A stretch of 41,578 nucleotides of DNA from Solirubrobacteraceae bacterium (lineage in GTDB: Bacteria; Actinomycetota; Thermoleophilia; Solirubrobacterales; Solirubrobacteraceae): assembly GCA_039922645.1 (NCBI GenBank), contig JBDTEE010000151.1, positions 1 through 41,578 on the forward strand. The letters are read 5' to 3'. Of this stretch, positions 38,452 through 41,578 are shown one piece after another. The notes under the pieces were generated by a model that was given only the letters and a program-made list of their open reading frames with translations, did not search any database and had not been told where the DNA came from. The stretch's first letter is position 1, and every line of letters starts with the position of its first letter. The translations under genes and the position numbers were made by a program.

Positions 38452-38893
38452 CGCCGAACTCGATGTCGACACGTTTGATGCGATGTTCGCCAGCAACGTC
38501 CGCGCGCCTTTCCTGCTCGTCGCTGCCTTGGCTCCGGGGATGGCTGCCAAAGGCAACGGCAGCATCATCAACGTCAGCAGCATGGCCGCCCAGATCGGGC
38601 TGGCAGGCGGAGCGGCCTATGGAGCCACCAAGGCGAGCCTGTGCTCGATGACGCGGGCGTGCGCCGCCGAGTACAGCCCCAGCGGTGTGCGCATGAACGC
38701 GATTGCACCCGGCCCGGTTCAGAAGGAACGCTCGGACAACGGGCTCATCGACGCGCTCGGTGCGACCCCCCCGTTCAACCGCGCTGCGAGCCCGCCCGAG
38801 ATCGCTGAGGTCGTCGGATTCCTCGCCTCCCCCCGGCCCAGCTACATCACCGGCGCGGTCGTCGCCGCCGACGGGGGCCGCGCGGCAATCTGA
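38450..38893 (+). pseudogene. SDR oxidoreductase, N-terminally truncated
   Basis: FDAMFASNVRAPF..IINVSS..YGATK..NAIAPG..YITG..DGG; GxxxGxG and NNAG motifs absent. Confidence 0.8.
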
Positions 38894-38926
38894 AACCCCA
38901 GCCACCGCGGTCGTCCAGCCCGGGCG

Positions 38927-40297
38927 TCAAGCGTGGGGCGTGTAGAACGCGCGGTCCATTGGGTATCGGCCCTGCACGAACCCGAGTCGCTCGTAGAACG
39001 CGCGCGTGCCGCGTGTCGGAGCAAGCACGGCCGCGCCGCAGCCGGCGCGACTGCCATCACTCAGCGCCCGCAGGACAAGCGCTCGGCCGATCCCGCCGCG
39101 CCGTGCGGTTGGGGCAACAGCCAGCTCATCCAGCAGCAGCGCCGGCGGCGAGTGGAACGCGCTGGCGAACCCCACCGCTACACCGGCGTGCAGGGCGACG
39201 TAGTGCCGGAGCGGGCGGTCGGGCTCCAACCCGAGCGATATCAGTAGCGCCAGCTCGCGGTCGCGCTCGCCCGGATCTGCCTCGGGAAATGCCTCCCCGG
39301 ACGCCAATGCCTGCGCCAGGGTTGAGGCATCGTCGATCAACTCGATCTCAACCGCGTCGGGAACCATCGTCGGCATGGGCGCCTCCAGTCGCGCGGCCAT
39401 GAACACGGCCGAGCGCTCGGGCCGACAGCCGGCGCGTTCCAGGCGCGCCCCCAGGTTGGGCGGCGCCGGGTCGTGGCGGACCAGCCATTGCCCAGACACG
39501 CCATTACCACTAAGCCAGCTCAGCGCCTCGGCGATCTCGCGGTCGGCTGCCTGCGAGGTGAGCCGGCTGCAGACAACGCCGTTGCGATCGTTGCGTGAGA
39601 GTCTCGTGCAGAACGCGAACCCGTCGCCAACCCGGTGCCGCTGAACGACCTCTGAGCCTGCCAGGTAGGTGAACAGCGCGGCGTCAGCCCTCCACGCCAG
39701 CTCCGCGAGCTCAGGCGCCGGCTCGACCGCTTCGGGCGGGTCAGTCAGCCAGCGCCGGAGCAGCGTGGCGAGCTCGGGCGTGGCCTGCCTGGCCATCGCC
39801 CGATCGGGCCGCAGCCCGTTCGCCAGCAGCACCTGGGCTACCAGCAGATGGTCGCCTCCAGCGGCGACCGATCCCTTCGCGCACGCTCCCAGTGCGGTAT
39901 CGCCACGGTCATCGAGCGCGTGGCGATCGAGCGGGATCCACTCGACCAGCGTGCCCACCGTGTCGACCCAGCCGTGCAGCGCGGCCACGTGCAAAGCCGT
40001 CCCGCCGGTGTCCGGATCACGCGCGCCGGCGGGCGCGCCCTGCTCCAGCAGCAGCTGCACGTCCCGCACCCGCCCCTCCGCGGCCGCCCGGATCAGCGGC
40101 GGGACCGAGGCGCGGCGCACGAGTGCCGGCCAACTCGGCTCGCCCAACTCCAGCGCCACAGCCCGTTGCGCGTCGGCCAGACACGGCTCCCGGTCCGGGC
40201 GCATCCGCGGGAGTGCCTCCGGGTCTCCGGCGCGGGCCGCTCGGAGCAGAGCCTTCGCATCGCACCGGGCCCGCTCGAGATCGAATGAGTCCTTCAT
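38927..40297 (-). CDS. Fusion protein: small helical N-terminal domain + ankyrin repeats + GNAT acetyltransferase
   Basis: LERARCDAKALL..LADAQRAVALELGEPSWPAL; PLIRAA, TALHVAA, GDTAL ankyrin motifs; LAVAPTARRGGIG..FYERLGF. Confidence 0.88.
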   Translation of the reverse strand: MKDSFDLERARCDAKALLRAARAGDPEALPRMRPDREPCLADAQRAVALELGEPSWPALVRRASVPPLIRAAAEGRVRDVQLLLEQGAPAGARDPDTGGTALHVAALHGWVDTVGTLVEWIPLDRHALDDRGDTALGACAKGSVAAGGDHLLVAQVLLANGLRPDRAMARQATPELATLLRRWLTDPPEAVEPAPELAELAWRADAALFTYLAGSEVVQRHRVGDGFAFCTRLSRNDRNGVVCSRLTSQAADREIAEALSWLSGNGVSGQWLVRHDPAPPNLGARLERAGCRPERSAVFMAARLEAPMPTMVPDAVEIELIDDASTLAQALASGEAFPEADPGERDRELALLISLGLEPDRPLRHYVALHAGVAVGFASAFHSPPALLLDELAVAPTARRGGIGRALVLRALSDGSRAGCGAAVLAPTRGTRAFYERLGFVQGRYPMDRAFYTPHA

Positions 40298-40423
40298 CTG
40301 ACGATCACCTCTTAGGTGCCCGCGGCCCGCAACGCCGAGCGAGCTGATCGCACGATCCCGTCATCTACAGCTTGCGAGGTGGGCCCGAGGCCCTGCCCGC
40401 GGACTGGATGCGCGCTCGCGCGC
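40298..40423 (-). ncRNA. Putative structured 5' leader RNA of the ankyrin-GNAT gene
   Basis: -10 TACGCT at 40430-35; several nested helices; CACCT-AAG-AGGTG hairpin covers the SD; folded by eye only. Confidence 0.5.
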
Positions 40424-40555
40424 ACGGCCAGCGTAGCTCCGCCTCCCTTCACCGGCAAGTCCCCCTCAAAGGACCGAGATGCTCGTCGCGACGGAAGCGC
40501 AGGTCCGGAGCGATTGGTCGCCGTGCTAATGGCCGGTCCCGTAAGCTGCGTTGTC

Positions 40556-40978
40556 GTGAGCCTTACGGGCCAGGTGCTCCGCCTCCATGAGGAGTTGTAC
40601 AAGCGAACCGACGGACGGCTCGGGCACCGGATGATTGGCGTTCCCACGCTCTTGCTGCGGACAACGGGTCGTCGCTCCGGGGCAACTCGAACCAACGGCT
40701 TGGTTTACGCCCGAGACGGCGACGGCTACCTCGTGGTCGCCTCGAATGGTGGCGCGGACCGCCCGCCGGCGTGGCTGCACAACCTGAGAGCGCATCCAGA
40801 CGTCGAGATTCAGATGGGGCGCGAGCGTCGACGGGCCACGGCCAGAATCATCGAGCCGTCCGATCCCAGCTACGAGCGTCTGTGGAAGCTGGTCAACGCA
40901 GACAACCGCGACCGCTACAGCGCCTACCAGCAAAAGACGACCAGGCCGATACCCGTAGTCGCGATCACACCTAGCTGA
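40556..40978 (+). CDS. Deazaflavin (F420)-dependent nitroreductase family protein
   Basis: LLLRTTGRRSG..VVASNGG..PAWLHNLRAHP..YQQKTTRPIPVV; -10 TAAGCT just upstream. Confidence 0.92.
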   Translation: MSLTGQVLRLHEELYKRTDGRLGHRMIGVPTLLLRTTGRRSGATRTNGLVYARDGDGYLVVASNGGADRPPAWLHNLRAHPDVEIQMGRERRRATARIIEPSDPSYERLWKLVNADNRDRYSAYQQKTTRPIPVVAITPS

Positions 40979-41009
40979 TCGCTGTCGCCGTCCGCTACGC
41001 CGCCTCTAG

Positions 41010-41153
41010 GACCAGATCGCCGACGAGCTGCTCCCGGCCACGGTCGGCGAGGTCCGTGATTTCGGGGACACCTATCGGCTCTGCTATGTCCGCAGTCCTG
41101 AAGGACTGATCGTCGAACTCGCCGAGCAGATCGCCTCCCAGGGAGCGAGCTAG
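41010..41153 (+). pseudogene. C-terminal remnant of VOC-family gene
   Basis: Read from sequence: TVGEVRDFGDTYRLCYVRSPEGLIVELAEQI*; in-frame TAG upstream at 41007, no start. Confidence 0.7.
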
Positions 41154-41207
41154 GCGGCCGTACGACTCCCCGACACCGGTGTCGGTCACGGGTGCGAGCA
41201 TGGCCGT

Positions 41208-41578
41208 ATGGCGGGATGGCACGACGTCGAACAGGCAGAGCCGGAGTTCGCGCAGCGCGTGCGGGCGCTGTTCGATGCTCGCAGGCACAAGACAATTGCC
41301 ACCTTGCGAGCGGACGGGTCGCCGCGGATCTCCGGGATCGAGGCGGTCTTCGAGGACGGCGAGCTGGTTTTGGGCTCGATGCCGAACGCGCGCAAGGGCG
41401 CTGATCTCCGTCGCGATCCGCGCTTCGCCCTGCACAGCGCCACGGTCGACCCGGTCGAGGGCTCTGAGGCGCAGTGGCCGGGCGAAGCGAAGATCTCGGG
41501 GCGGGCGATCGCTGCCGGACCGATCACCGAAGGACCGGACGGCGACCGCTTCCGGGCAGACATCGCCGAGGTCGTGCA
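41208..41578 (+). CDS. Pyridoxamine 5'-phosphate oxidase-like (FMN/F420 split-barrel) protein, partial
   Basis: Read from sequence: MAGWHDVEQAEPEFA..IATLRADGSPRISGIE..KGADLRRDPRFALHS; runs off window end. Confidence 0.88.
   Translation, partial: MAGWHDVEQAEPEFAQRVRALFDARRHKTIATLRADGSPRISGIEAVFEDGELVLGSMPNARKGADLRRDPRFALHSATVDPVEGSEAQWPGEAKISGRAIAAGPITEGPDGDRFRADIAEVV

Overview
High-GC chromosomal window, most likely from an actinobacterium of the Thermoleophilia/Solirubrobacterales type (inferred from gene content, protein style and many apparently leaderless starts; not verified). It opens with the core rpsF-ssb-rpsR-rplI-dnaB cluster, which is interrupted by a truncated OmpR-type regulator. 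Directly after dnaB, and translationally coupled to it, lies a Zn-finger DnaC/DnaI/IstB-type AAA+ ATPase that may be a helicase loader. Next come purA, several small regulator/target pairs with readable operators (PadR, TetR, RHH-SPFH), and pepT plus an aminotransferase IV upstream of a partial diacetamido-uronic-acid sugar pathway. A SigB/SigF-type general-stress island follows: topoisomerase IB, two sigma factors, STAS anti-anti-sigma, PAS-GAF-PP2C phosphatase and two anti-sigma kinases. The rest holds LexA-boxed dinB, an ECF/SnoaL sigma factor, a NarL-type two-component system, and an ankyrin-GNAT fusion preceded by a strongly structured ~125-nt leader. Many gene remnants and deletion scars are scattered through the window, as is a non-coding palindromic element with 30-nt periodicity. 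No rRNA, tRNA, CRISPR array or transposase was recognised.
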